Below are positions 37,835 to 49,114 of a stretch of 64,000 nucleotides of DNA, in pieces (position 1 is the stretch's first letter; every line of letters begins with the position of its first letter). Location of the stretch: the NCBI GenBank assembly GCA_964019425.1, contig OZ025793.1:868001-932000 (forward strand). Direction: 5' to 3'. The stretch is from Flectonema sp. DT1601 (taxonomy: Eukaryota). The notes below the pieces were generated by a model. It was given only the letters and a program-made list of their open reading frames with translations, did not search any database and had not been told where the DNA came from. A program made the position numbers and the translations under genes.

Positions 37835-40800
37835 GAAACAATGTTATCATTGTTTTTTTTATCGATCGACTATGTCGATTACTTCCAGTTTTCCGTCCTG
37901 GTCAAGACGCTAAACTGATTGTTTTTTTTTTTTTTTTTTTTAAAAAATTAATAAAAAGAATATAAAAAAAAAAAAAAAAAAGAATAAACAATGTTATCAT
38001 TGTTTTTTTTTTATCGTTCGACTTTGTCGACTAATTTCTATTTTCCGTTTCTTTTCTTTAAATAATAAATAAAAAGCATTTAAAATAAAAAAAAAGAATA
38101 AACAATGTCATCATTGTTTTTTTATCGATCGACTATGTCGATTACTTTCTATTTTCCGTCCTGGTCAAGACGCTAAACTGATTGTTTTTTTTTTTTTTCA
38201 AAATTAATAAAAAAGAATATAAAAAAAAAAAAAAAAAAAAAGAATAAACAATGTTATCATTGTTTTTTTTTTATTGTTCGACTTTGTTGACTAATTTCTA
38301 TTTTCCGTTTTTTTTCTTTAAAAAATAAATAAAAAGAATTTAAAATAAATAAAAAAGAATAAACAATGTTATCATTGTTTTTTTATCGATCGACTATGTC
38401 GATCACTTTCTATTTTCCGTCCTGGTCAAGACGCTAAACTGATTGTTTTTTTTTCAAAATTAATAAAAAAGAATATAAAAAAAAAAAAAAAAAAAAGAAT
38501 AAACAATGTTATCATTGTTTTTTTTTTATCGTTCGACTTTGTCGACTAATTTCTATTTTCCGTTTCTTTTCTTTAAAGAATAAATAAAAAGAATTTAAAA
38601 TAAAAAAAAAAAAAATAAACAATGTTATCATTGTTTTTTTATCGATCGACTATGTCGATCACTTTCTATTTTCCGTCCTGGTCAAGACGCTAAACTGATT
38701 GTTTTTTTTTTTCAAAATTAATAAAAAAGAATATAAAAAAATACAAAAAAAAGAATAAACAATGTTATCATTGTTTTTTTTTATCGTTCGACTTTGTCGA
38801 CTAATTTCTATTTTCCGTTTTTTTTTTCTTTAAAAAATAAATAAAAAGAATTTAAAATAAAAAAAAAGAATAAACAATGTTATCATTGTTTTTTTATCGA
38901 TCGACTATGTCGATCACTTTCTATTTTCCGTCCTGGTCAAGACGCTAAACTGATTGTTTTTTTTTTTTTTCAAAATTAATAAAAAAGAATATTAAAAAAA
39001 ATACAAAAAAAAAAAGAATAAACAATGTTATCATTGTTTTTTTTTATCGTTCGACTTTGTCGACTAATTTCTATTTTCCGTTTCTTTTCTTTAAAGAATA
39101 AATAAAAAGAATTTAAAATAAAAAAAAAGAATAAACAATGTTATCATTGTTTTTTTTTTATCGATCGACTATGTCGATCACTTTCTATTTTCCGTCCTGG
39201 TCAAGACGCTAAACTGATTGTTTTTTTTTTCAAAATTAATAAAAAAGAATATAAAAAAATACAAAAAAAAAGAATAAACAATGTTATCATTGTTTTTTTT
39301 ATCGTTCGACTTTGTCGACTAATTTCTATTTTCCGTTTTTTTTTTCTTTAAAAAATAAATAAAAAGAATTTAAAATAAAAAAAAAGAATAAACAATGTTA
39401 TCATTGTTTTTTTATCGATCGACTATGTCGATCACTTTCTATTTTCCGTCCTGGTCAAGACGCTAAACTGATTGTTTTTTTTTTTTCAAAATTAATAAAA
39501 AAGAATATTAAAAAAAATACAAAAAAAAAAAGAATAAACAATGTTATCATTGTTTTTTTTTTTATCGTTCGACTTTGTCGACTAATTTCTATTTTCCGTT
39601 TTTTTTCTTTAAAAAATGAATAAAAAGAAAACAAAATAAAAAAAAAGAATAAACAATGTTATCATTGTTTTTTTTTATCGATCGACTATGTCGATTACTT
39701 TCTATTTTCCGTCCTGGTCAAGACGCTAAACTGATTGTTTTTTTTTTTTCAAAATTAATAAAAAAGAATATTAAAAAAAATACAAAAAAAAAAAGAATAA
39801 ACAATGTTATCATTGTTTTTTTTTTTATCGTTCGACTTTGTCGACTAATTTCTATTTTCCGTTTTTTTTCTTTAAAAAATGAATAAAAAGAAAACAAAAT
39901 AAAAAAAAAGAATAAACAATGTTATCATTGTTTTTTTTTATCGATCGACTATGTCGATTACTTTCTATTTTCCGTCCTGGTCAAGACGCTAAACTGATTG
40001 TTTTTTTTTTCAAAATAAAAAAAAAAATATTAAAAAAAAAAAATAAAAAAAAAAGAATAAACAATGTTATCATTGTTTTTTTTTTATCGTTCGACTTTGT
40101 TGACTAATTTCTATTTTCCGTTTTTTTTCTTTAAAAAATAAATAAAAAGAATTTAAAAAAAAAAAAAAAAAAAGAATAAACAATGTTATCATTGTTTTTT
40201 TTATCGATCGACTATGTCGATTACTTTCTATTTTCCGTCCTGGTCAAGACGCTAAACTGATTGTTTTTTTTTCAAAATTAATAAAAAAGAATATAAAAAA
40301 ATACAAAAAAAGAATAAACAATGTTATCATTGTTTTTTTTATCGATCGACTATGTCGATTACTTTCTATTTTCCGTCCTGGTCAAGACGCTAAACTGATT
40401 GTTTTTTTTTTCAAAATAAAAAAAAAATATTAAAAAAAAAAAATAAAAAAAAAAGAATAAACAATGTTATCATTGTTTTTTTTTATCGTTCGACTTTGTT
40501 GACTAATTTCTATTTTCCGTTTTTTTTCTTTAAAAAATTAATAAAAAGAATTTAAAAAAAAAAAAAAAAAAAGAATAAACAATGTTATCATTGTTTTTTT
40601 TATCGATCGACTATGTCGATTACTTTCTATTTTCCGTCCTGGTCAAGACGCTAAACTGATTGTTTTTTTTTTCAAAATTAATAAAAAAGAATATAAAAAA
40701 ATACAAAAAAAAGAATAAACAATGTTATCATTGTTTTTTTTTATCGTTCGACTTTGTCGACTAATTTCTATTTTCCGTTTTTTTTTCTTTAAAAAATAAA

Positions 40801-41465
40801 TAAAAAGAATTTAAAATAAAAAAAAAAAAAAGAATAAACAATGTTATCATTGTTTTTTTATCGATCGACTATGTCGATTACTTTCTATTTTCCGTCCTGG
40901 TCAAGACGCTAAACTGATTGTTTTTTTTTTCAAAATTAATAAAAAAGAATATAAAAAAAATAAAAAAAAAAAAGAATAAACAGTGTTATCATTGTTTTTT
41001 TTTATCGTTCGACTTTGTTGACTAATTTCTATTTTCCATTTTTTTTCTTTTTAAAAAAATAAATAAAAAGAATTAAAAAAAAAAAAAAAAAAAAAGAATA
41101 AACAATGTTATCATTGTTTTTTTTATCGATCGACTATGTCGATTACTTTCTATTTTCCGTCCTGGTCAGGACGCTAAACTGATTGTTTTTTCTTTAAAAA
41201 TAAATAAAAAGAATAAAAAAAAAAAAAAAGGAATAAACAATGTTATCATTGTTTTTTTTTTATCGATCGACTATGTCGATTACTTACTATTTTCCGTCCT
41301 GGTCAAGACGCTAAACTGATTGTTTTTTCTTTAAAATAATTAAAAAGATTTAAAAAAAAAAAAAAAAAAAAAATGAATAAACAATGTTATCATAGTTTTT
41401 TTTTCTATCGATCAACTATGTCGATTAATTTCTATTTTCCGTCCTGATCGAGACGCTAAACTGAT
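37835..41465 (+). repeat. Hairpin satellite array (A unit ~140 bp, B unit ~115 bp, AB dimer ~245-265 bp)
   Basis: Recurring AACAATGTTATCATTGTT, GATCGACTATGTCGAT(C/T) or GTTCGACTTTGTCGACT, and CGTCCTGGTCAAGACGCTAAACTGATTG, separated by A/T homopolymers. Confidence 0.95.
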
Positions 41466-41494
41466 TGTTTCCTTTTTTTAAAATAATAAATAAG

Positions 41495-41525
<31 letters not shown>

Positions 41526-41706
41526 ATCTCCCTGCTATCCCTCATATCCCCACAATAATATTATACCTTTTCATTTTCTCTTTCCTTTTCTGGTCTTTTT
41601 TTTTTCTTTTTTTTCCTTTTTCATACAACGTTTTTTATTTATATATATATATTTTTTTTTTTTTTTTTTTTCATGTTTGATTATTTCCTCTTCATTTTTT
41701 TTTTTC

Positions 41707-41738
<32 letters not shown>

Positions 41739-42375
41739 CCTCTGCCTCTCTCTTAATTCTGTTCGTTTCTTTGAAACGAAAATTCATTTGAATATTATTC
41801 CTTGGTCAGCAACCATCATTGTCGCCCTTTGGGCCTGTTAAAAAAAATAAAAATAAAAAGAAAGTTTACATCGGGAATAGGGCAGGAGCCAAAAGCTCCC
41901 AGTCCGTTACTTCCCACTTTATCGAAATTCAGCTTTTTGTGGAGCTATCCACTCTGCGGTCTTTTTAGGCCCCTCTATCTCCTTTGCTTTATAAGACCCA
42001 ATGTTTCTTCTCATCCAATTGCTTTTCTCAAGTTGCCTCTTCGGCATTCATTTGCCAACCACATTATTTATCAAAATATATATTATAAACAAGTAGTTAC
42101 TCCGATTTTTCTGTTTTAGAGCGTAGCTCGTTTTCCTTTAAACAGTATTTACCAAAAAAAAACTCTAGGGTTAGCTGCCCGAAATTAAAAAAAAAAGGAA
42201 TAGTTTAAAAAAAAAGATCTTAACTCATCGATATTGTTTCTGAGCCATTCTCTTTTCTATTTTTTTTTTTTTTCTTATTATTGCTACTTCACAACAAAAA
42301 AAAAAAGAAACACCGGGCCGGCGGTGTCATAAAGATACTGGTAACCATCTCTCAGCCAACCCAGCCCCCGAGGCT

Positions 42376-45300
42376 TTGCAAGAGGCTATTTCGAGATCGG
42401 CTCTGGATGGGGATAAAACTTTAGTAGCAAAATGTCCTTTATGTTTTGAGACATACCTCAAAGGTCCAGTTGCGCATTTTAGACGTAACTGTAAGTTTAG
42501 TAAGGAATTTAAGGACTATAAGTCACGTTTTCCCCCATCTACCCACTCCCAAGTTAAAGATTGTTACCACTTACCTTGTCCAGATTGTGGTAAGCTTTTC
42601 AAAAGTATCGCTACGAGAGCGAAACACTGTGTTAACGGTACATGTAAAGGTACACCTCTGTCTCCCCTCACAGGGAATAATTCAGACCTGGAACCTCCCT
42701 TTGTAGGAGAATCTGTAGATTTTAAAACTTCACAAACAGCTTTCGTTCCTTATAACTCTACAACACCCACTTTTACCCCGTTACACCCGTCTCGTCTCAA
42801 ATTCCGATCTTTTGGAACTGAATGGAAGGACATCGACGTTTCTGCTGCAGAAAAACTTCAAACTTTCTCCGTCGAAACAGAAAACTCTTCAAAACCTGCC
42901 GACCAACTTGATAAACTACTCAAAACGGTTTATCAAATATGTAGCGGTTTCTTTGAAGAAACAAAGCGGAATTTACCCCGCAAACAGAAATCAAGGGAAG
43001 AGGTCATCCTCGACCAAGAAAAACTTGAATGTCGTCTGGAAATGAAACAGCTAAGACAGGAGCTCCGCAAATCTGGGCCTTCTATAGAGAACGCTGTCAA
43101 ATGGAAAGAGGCAAGAACGAGAATGAAAAGGATTTTCCGAATGTATCGGAATTTAGAAAAGAAAAATTTATTCAAAAAATTACAAGATAAATTTCGTCAA
43201 AATCCGTTTACTGCCATAAAAGAAGAACTCCAAAAAGAAGATCCTCAACCCCCCTCCCTTGATATTCCAGAGGAAAAAATAATTGAACATTTTAAAAACA
43301 ATTATTGTGACAATGAAAAAAAAAAAACTGATTTCACCCATCCCTCTTTTTTACCTAAGTCTGACTACAAGACAATGGATGATATCCAGTTCCCGAGCTT
43401 CGAACAGTTTGGTATTCTCTTATCAAAGAAAAAAAACAAATGTGCCCCTGGTCCCAATTGCATACCTTATGTTGTATGGAAAAAGGTCCCAACTTTTATG
43501 GAAGCACTTTACAAGGTATTAAAGAGAATTTTCGAACTCAAGGCCTATCCGGATAGTTGGGGCTTAGCATTTGTAACAATGCTCCCAAAGCCCAACTCCG
43601 ATGGGAAAGACATCTCGAAAACGAGACCGATAGCTGTGGGCAACTGCGACGGGAAAATTTTTAATACGGTTATTCAGGAAGCCGTCGCAAACCACACTCT
43701 TTCTAAATTTAATTTTCAAAAAGGCTTTAGGAAAGGTGTCTCTGGGTGTATCGAACATGCCACGATCACCTCAGAGATTTTTAAAGAAGTGAAAGCTCTC
43801 CGGAAAAACCTAACAATTGTCTGGGTGGATTTGGCAGATGCTTTCGGCTCAGTCAAACATCAATTAATTTTCTTTGCTTTAAAATATTTCGGAATTCACG
43901 AAAGAATAATCGGTTTCTATAAAAGGTATTATTCCTCCATGCGCGTCCAAATCAGAGTTGGAGAAGGCCTGACGCCCACTATCCCTTTTGAAGTTGGTGT
44001 CTTTCAAGGCTGCGTTTCCTCCCCAACCCTTTTTAATTTGGTATTCCAACTACTGCTCTTTTCCTTAGCAGTTCATCAACAGGAAGCCTACGAGTTTAAC
44101 AATAAATCCCTCCAACTATTAGTTGCAGCTTTTGCTGATGATTTACAACTTACCACGTCATCAAAGGCGGGGGCAAAATTGCTAATCAAGTCGCTCGAAC
44201 AGTTTCTTTCCTGGTCTCGTGGTATGAAAGCGAAACCCCAGAAATGCATTGCCCACAGCTTTGTACAAGGGAAACCAGCTAACCCGGACCTGAAGATTAA
44301 CAATGTTCCGATTACGAATCTCCAGGAAGCTGGAGAGTTCAAATACCTCGGGCGTTGGTTTGAGCCGAACGCCAAAGAACAGAAATTGCGAGAGCGCCTG
44401 ACCACTTTTACCAGGAATTTTTTAAAAAAAAGTCGACGCCATGCCACTATATGGGTCTCAGAAGGCTTGGTCTGTCCAACACTTGTTATTGTCAAGGTTA
44501 ACATGGAGTTTAATGATCCATGACTTATCTCTCCCTTTTGCCAAAAAAATGGACAAAATTATTAAACCTTTTTTGAAGAAATGGTGGGGATTTGTCCGCT
44601 CTGCGAACACAGTCATCCTTTTTACCGGTTCAAAGAACACTGTTGGTCTCAGACACAAAAGAGTTGAGACGCTATATAAACAAGCGCAATCAATTAAACT
44701 AGACATCCTCAGATCCTCACAGGACTCTGACATGCACGGTGTCTACAATGTTATTATGGAGAAATCGTCCAACTGGTCGAAAAAGTTTTCAGCTTCTGCT
44801 GAGTGGGAGCGCCTTATTAAGTTTTTTTCTTACCGTTCTCTTGCGAAGCAATCAGCTGGTCTTGGTCACCGATTGCGCGATCTACGTACTACTCGCCCCG
44901 ATCTCCTTAAGCGTTTTGAAGTGGAAGCCACAGATGAACTACTGAACTCTTTGAATAAATTACAAGTCCAAGGTCAGTGGAAGGAGTGGTCTAAATGTAT
45001 GATAAACGATTTCACCTGGAATAAGGTACTTAGGGAGGGAAATCCTGCCTATATCTCATTTCAACTGAAAGCGGTTACAAACACCCTCCCCTCACAAGAT
45101 AATTTAAAGAGGTGGAACATCACCAATGTGGACCAAAATTGTGTTTTGTGTGGCAAAGTGAATCCTACCCTCAGGCATGTCTTAACAGGCTGTCCTGTCT
45201 CTTTAACACAAGGGAGGTTCACGTGGCGTCACGACAGCGTTCTAAAACGCATTGTTATCTTCTTGGAAGAGTTGATAATAAAAGCCAACAAAAGAAAAGA

Positions 45301-47473
45301 AAACCTCCCGCCTCCCTCTCAAACTTTTTTAAAAACAGGGGAAAATAAACCCCTAGAAAGAATTTCTAAAGAGACAGGCGAACTTTCACTAGCGAATGAT
45401 TGGGTCATCCTCGACGATGTCGGTGATAACCGCCTAATTGTTCCTCTTGAAGTGTGCCATGTCTCGTCCTCTCTAAGACCAGACATTTTTATTTATTCTT
45501 TTTTTGCGAAAAGAGCACTGATTCTGGAGCTGACGTGTCCAAATGAAGATCGTTTCGAAACCTCTCATGTCTTAAAGGAAAAGAAATACCTAAAGCTAAG
45601 AGACTCGATCATCGCTAATGGCTTCGACTGTAACATTTTTACTATTGAAGTTGGCGTACGAGGAAACATCTGCATGGACCAGCTGAACATCTGGACACGT
45701 CACATCGGTTCACCTTTAGCACCAACAAAAGCTTTATTTTGTGAATGCACCAGAATCGCCAGACAGTGCTCATATGTTCTGTTCCAGACGAGGAACCTCC
45801 CCACGTGGCATTCAAGACCACTAATGCGCAGCATTAAAGAAGAACCTGCCACTGCAAGTTTTATAAAAGATGGTAAAGAAATCTTCCCTGTGGAAGAAGT
45901 CAAAATCCACAAAGTAACAAAACTGAAAACGATCGAAAAGCTCACCATTGAAAGATCGTGGCTTGAGAAATGTTTTATCTGGCAAACTTGTTACGCATCG
46001 GCTCTTTCTATTCTACTTATTGCCAATGGTTCTTCCTCCCCGGCCCCTTCTGTTTTGTTAGATGAGGATGAGCTCACTGGACTCTCCTTGTCATTCTCTT
46101 CTATTTCTTCCATCTCTTTCCAGACTCCCCCACCTGAACTCATGTCAACGGGATCGCAAACACTTCCTGCTGATTTCGCTATAGTGATAAGAACTCAATC
46201 TGACATGGGTTCTCAAACCCCCTTGTACAAAAAAAAAGAAGGAAAATTAAGGCTGAAACTTTCCTTGAAATGCCAGATTTTAGAAAACGAATTAGAGCAA
46301 ATGAAAGAACGAATTTTTTATGTTCTATTTTTATTTTACTTTAATGCGATGTCAGCCTCCCTCGAGAAAGACAAGCAGTTACTAAATGGATTACCTGTTG
46401 AGATCAAAGCTACCAACCAGGATCCATCCTCACTTCCTCCTGCGCCCCCTGTTTTAATTATTGAAAAAGATAGAAAAGAATATGAACTTCTGGAAGGAGT
46501 AATTCAACGGTTAACAGCAGAACGCGATGAATCGAAGACTTCTCTTTCTGCACTAGTTCGACAATATGACTTAGTGGAAGATTACAGGAAACGTGAGCTC
46601 GCAAATCTGACTCAGAGAGCAGACCTATCGGAATTGGCGCTCTTTAATTACCATCAAAGGTTTGTTCTTCTGTCGAACGAATTGGAGACCAAATGTAATG
46701 AGGAAAGAGAAAGTAAAATAAGACTTTTCTATACTCAACAGGAGGTCGAGAGTTTGCGTGCCGCGCGTCCCCGTATGACCCACTTTAGTCAACAAGTTTC
46801 CCCCCGAACCCCCGTTCTGTATGAATCTGTTGCTATGATGAAGATAGCAAAGAACTACCTCTCGCTCTTTACAACTACGAGTAGTCTTTTTACTCCTCTT
46901 ATTAAACCCCTTATCCCTACCCTTAATTATATCACCCCTCTTTGTCCTCTAGCCTCAATTCCTCCGACAATGCCGCAGAGTGAAGCTCTCGACCGCACGC
47001 CGACCAAGATTTTACGACAAGAGAGTCACGTTATCTCCGTTAAAGAGAATACACCTATTGCGAGACAATGGTCCGAGGGTAGGATTGACTTACTCGAGAA
47101 TTACTGTCGAGCAGTAGATGACTCTCTCGAAACAAACGAGAAAGCGGCAGAGCTCTCAGAACAACTTCTGGATGCCCAACTTCGCCTCTCGGAGCTGAAT
47201 CACCAACGGTGTACAACTCACGCAGAGCAGCTTGAGCAATCCATGATGTTAACGGGACTGGCGAGCGATTTAAATGCTCAACTCGCCTTGGCACGGTCTC
47301 AAATTGCGGCCCTGAAGTTCCAATTAGCTTCATGGGCAGAAGGTTTGAGTCCGCCAGACACAGAAGAACATGAGGAAAATGAAACTCCGCCGAGAAAGTC
47401 TGAGCGTTCAACTCTGAAAAAAACGAACCCCTCCATCAAGATATCGTTACAATCGAAGGAGATGTTCTGCTGA
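42376..47473 (+). CDS. Retrotransposon polyprotein: 2 N-terminal Zn fingers, RT, CCHC knuckle, PD-(D/E)xK endonuclease, long C-terminal extension; one frameshift at 44424-44431
   Basis: CPLC..H..C and CPDC..H..C; APGPNCI, RPIA, QKGF, WVDLADAFGSVKH, GVFQGCVSSPTLF, AFADDL, FKYLG; CVLC..TLRHVLTGC, RFTWRHDSVL, LRPDIFI..ILELTCP.E..KEKKY. Removing one A from the A8 run gives FLKK-VDAMPLYGSQKAW. Confidence 0.93.
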
Positions 47474-48705
47474 TGACGTTCACGGTGACTCCACCCCCTT
47501 GTAATTCTCTTTTTCCTTACTTTCACATCACTTTGTTTATTTAGTTTTTTAGCTTATTTATTATTTATTGTTCGTTTTTGTTTGTATTATTTTGTCGATA
47601 TGTTTATGTCCGTCAGATCATAACGTTAATCTGGTTAATTGTTAATTGTTAATTATAAATGGTCTAAACCCCAATCCAAGTTCCCAAGGCTTGGCATAGA
47701 TTTGAGTGACGCCTTACTGGCCTCCTCATCCTCTATGAGTGGTGAGGGGGCCAGCAATGGTTTTTTTTTTTTTTTCTCTTATTTCTTTTTTTTCTTTTTC
47801 TTTTACTCTAATATGAAATATTTTTGAACAAAATGTGATTATTAATTTAAAAAAAAAAAAAAAAAAAAAAATGTAAATGAATAAAAAAAAAAAAAAAAAA
47901 AACATGCCTTGGGAATACAACCAAAGCCCCAATTAATCGGTCCTTTCTTTTTTCCTTCTTGTCAAGTGATCGCTCCACTCGTCGATCACCAAAATCGATT
48001 GTATTTATATCTGTTCTTTTCTCAACGATCGGCTATACCGATCATTTTTTTAAAAACAATTGTTTTCTTCTTCTCGACGATCAGATCCAATTGATCGACC
48101 TTTTCTTTTTTTTCCCTTTATTCCTTCCATCCCTCCCGCTCCCCTTATTTTAATAAAAACAAGATCAGCTCAGCTTGATCGTTAAACTTTTTTTTTTTTA
48201 ATTTATTTATTTTTTTTTTTTTTATTTAAACTGATTGTATTTATATCTGGTTATTTTTCTCAACGATCGGCTATGCCGATCGACCTTTAAAATAATTGTC
48301 TTCTTCTTCTCGACGACCAGATCCAATTGATCGACCTTTTCTTTTTTTTTCCTTTATTCCTTCCATCCCTCCCGCTCCCCTTATTTTAATAAAAACAAGA
48401 TCAGCTCAGCTTGATCGTTATTTATTTATTTATTTATATTTTTTTTTTTTTTGTTGGTCCTAGTCAAGACCTTAAACTGACTAATCGGTCTTAACTTTAA
48501 CTAAGTGAATGAACCCTTTCCGTTTTCCTTTTCCCTTTATTACTCTCTATCTGGTCTGTTATGTCATAAATCTCATTTAATTTTATCATTCATTTTAATT
48601 TTCACTGTTTCCCATCTACATTTTATTTTCAAATAGTTCCGGTCTGTCTCTGATGATAAATAAAACTGATCATGTTAACTCAATATTTTTTTTTATTATG
48701 TGCAA

Positions 48706-48800
48706 GAGATACCAACACGCAAGAGATACCAACGCACATACGAGATACCAGCACTTCCGAGATACCGACACACAAGAGATACCAAGACACTTAAGATACC
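48706..48800 (+). repeat. Cluster of six GAGATACC boxes at 17-19 bp spacing (also 22093-22187, ~29636-29732 reversed, ~37428-37522)
   Basis: Direct reading; the last box is AAGATACC in this subfamily. Confidence 0.9.
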
Positions 48801-49114
48801 AGCAAGGACAGTGAGAGGTAGAATGAACTCTCCTCCTTGTGTCCGATCCTGATTATTTTTTGTTGAATTGGTAGTGTTACCTCATTTTGCTACTCTCGTA
48901 TCTGTGTTGTGTTAACTCATGTAAGTGATCTTAACTCCTGTTAAATAAAAAAAAAAATTTCAAAAAAAAAGAAATTAAAAAAGAAGAATTTTCAAATGAA
49001 GTTATATCAACCCCTGCCACCCATTATGATCAATTCCGCTTGTTTTTTTTTTTTTTTTTTTTTCTTCTTTCTTTTCTTCAAATATAAAAAAAAATTAAAA
49101 AATATAAAAGATGA

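Larger units (their letters stand above)
34468..41930 (+). mobile_element. 5'-truncated retroelement copy (3' region only) interrupted by the 1356-bp repeat
   Basis: 34468-34624 matches ~47903-48058, and 36781-41930 is near-identical to ~48060-53205. Confidence 0.88.

Noticed and set aside
34179..41930. Foldback/TIR DNA transposon bounded by the GAAATTC termini
   Set aside because: No TSD or transposase; most termini are unpaired and are colinear with the RT element's 3' region. Not fully excluded without genome-wide data.
44418..44431. TTTTTTA/TTTAAAA as a -1 ribosomal frameshift site
   Set aside because: Joining the ORFs needs +1 (or -2), not -1; a homopolymer indel is simpler.
47469..47495. 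CTGATGA as a hammerhead ribozyme core (also ~48650), and an HDV-like fold at the 5' leader near 41931
   Set aside because: No correctly placed GAAA and stems; the leader shows only small competing hairpins.
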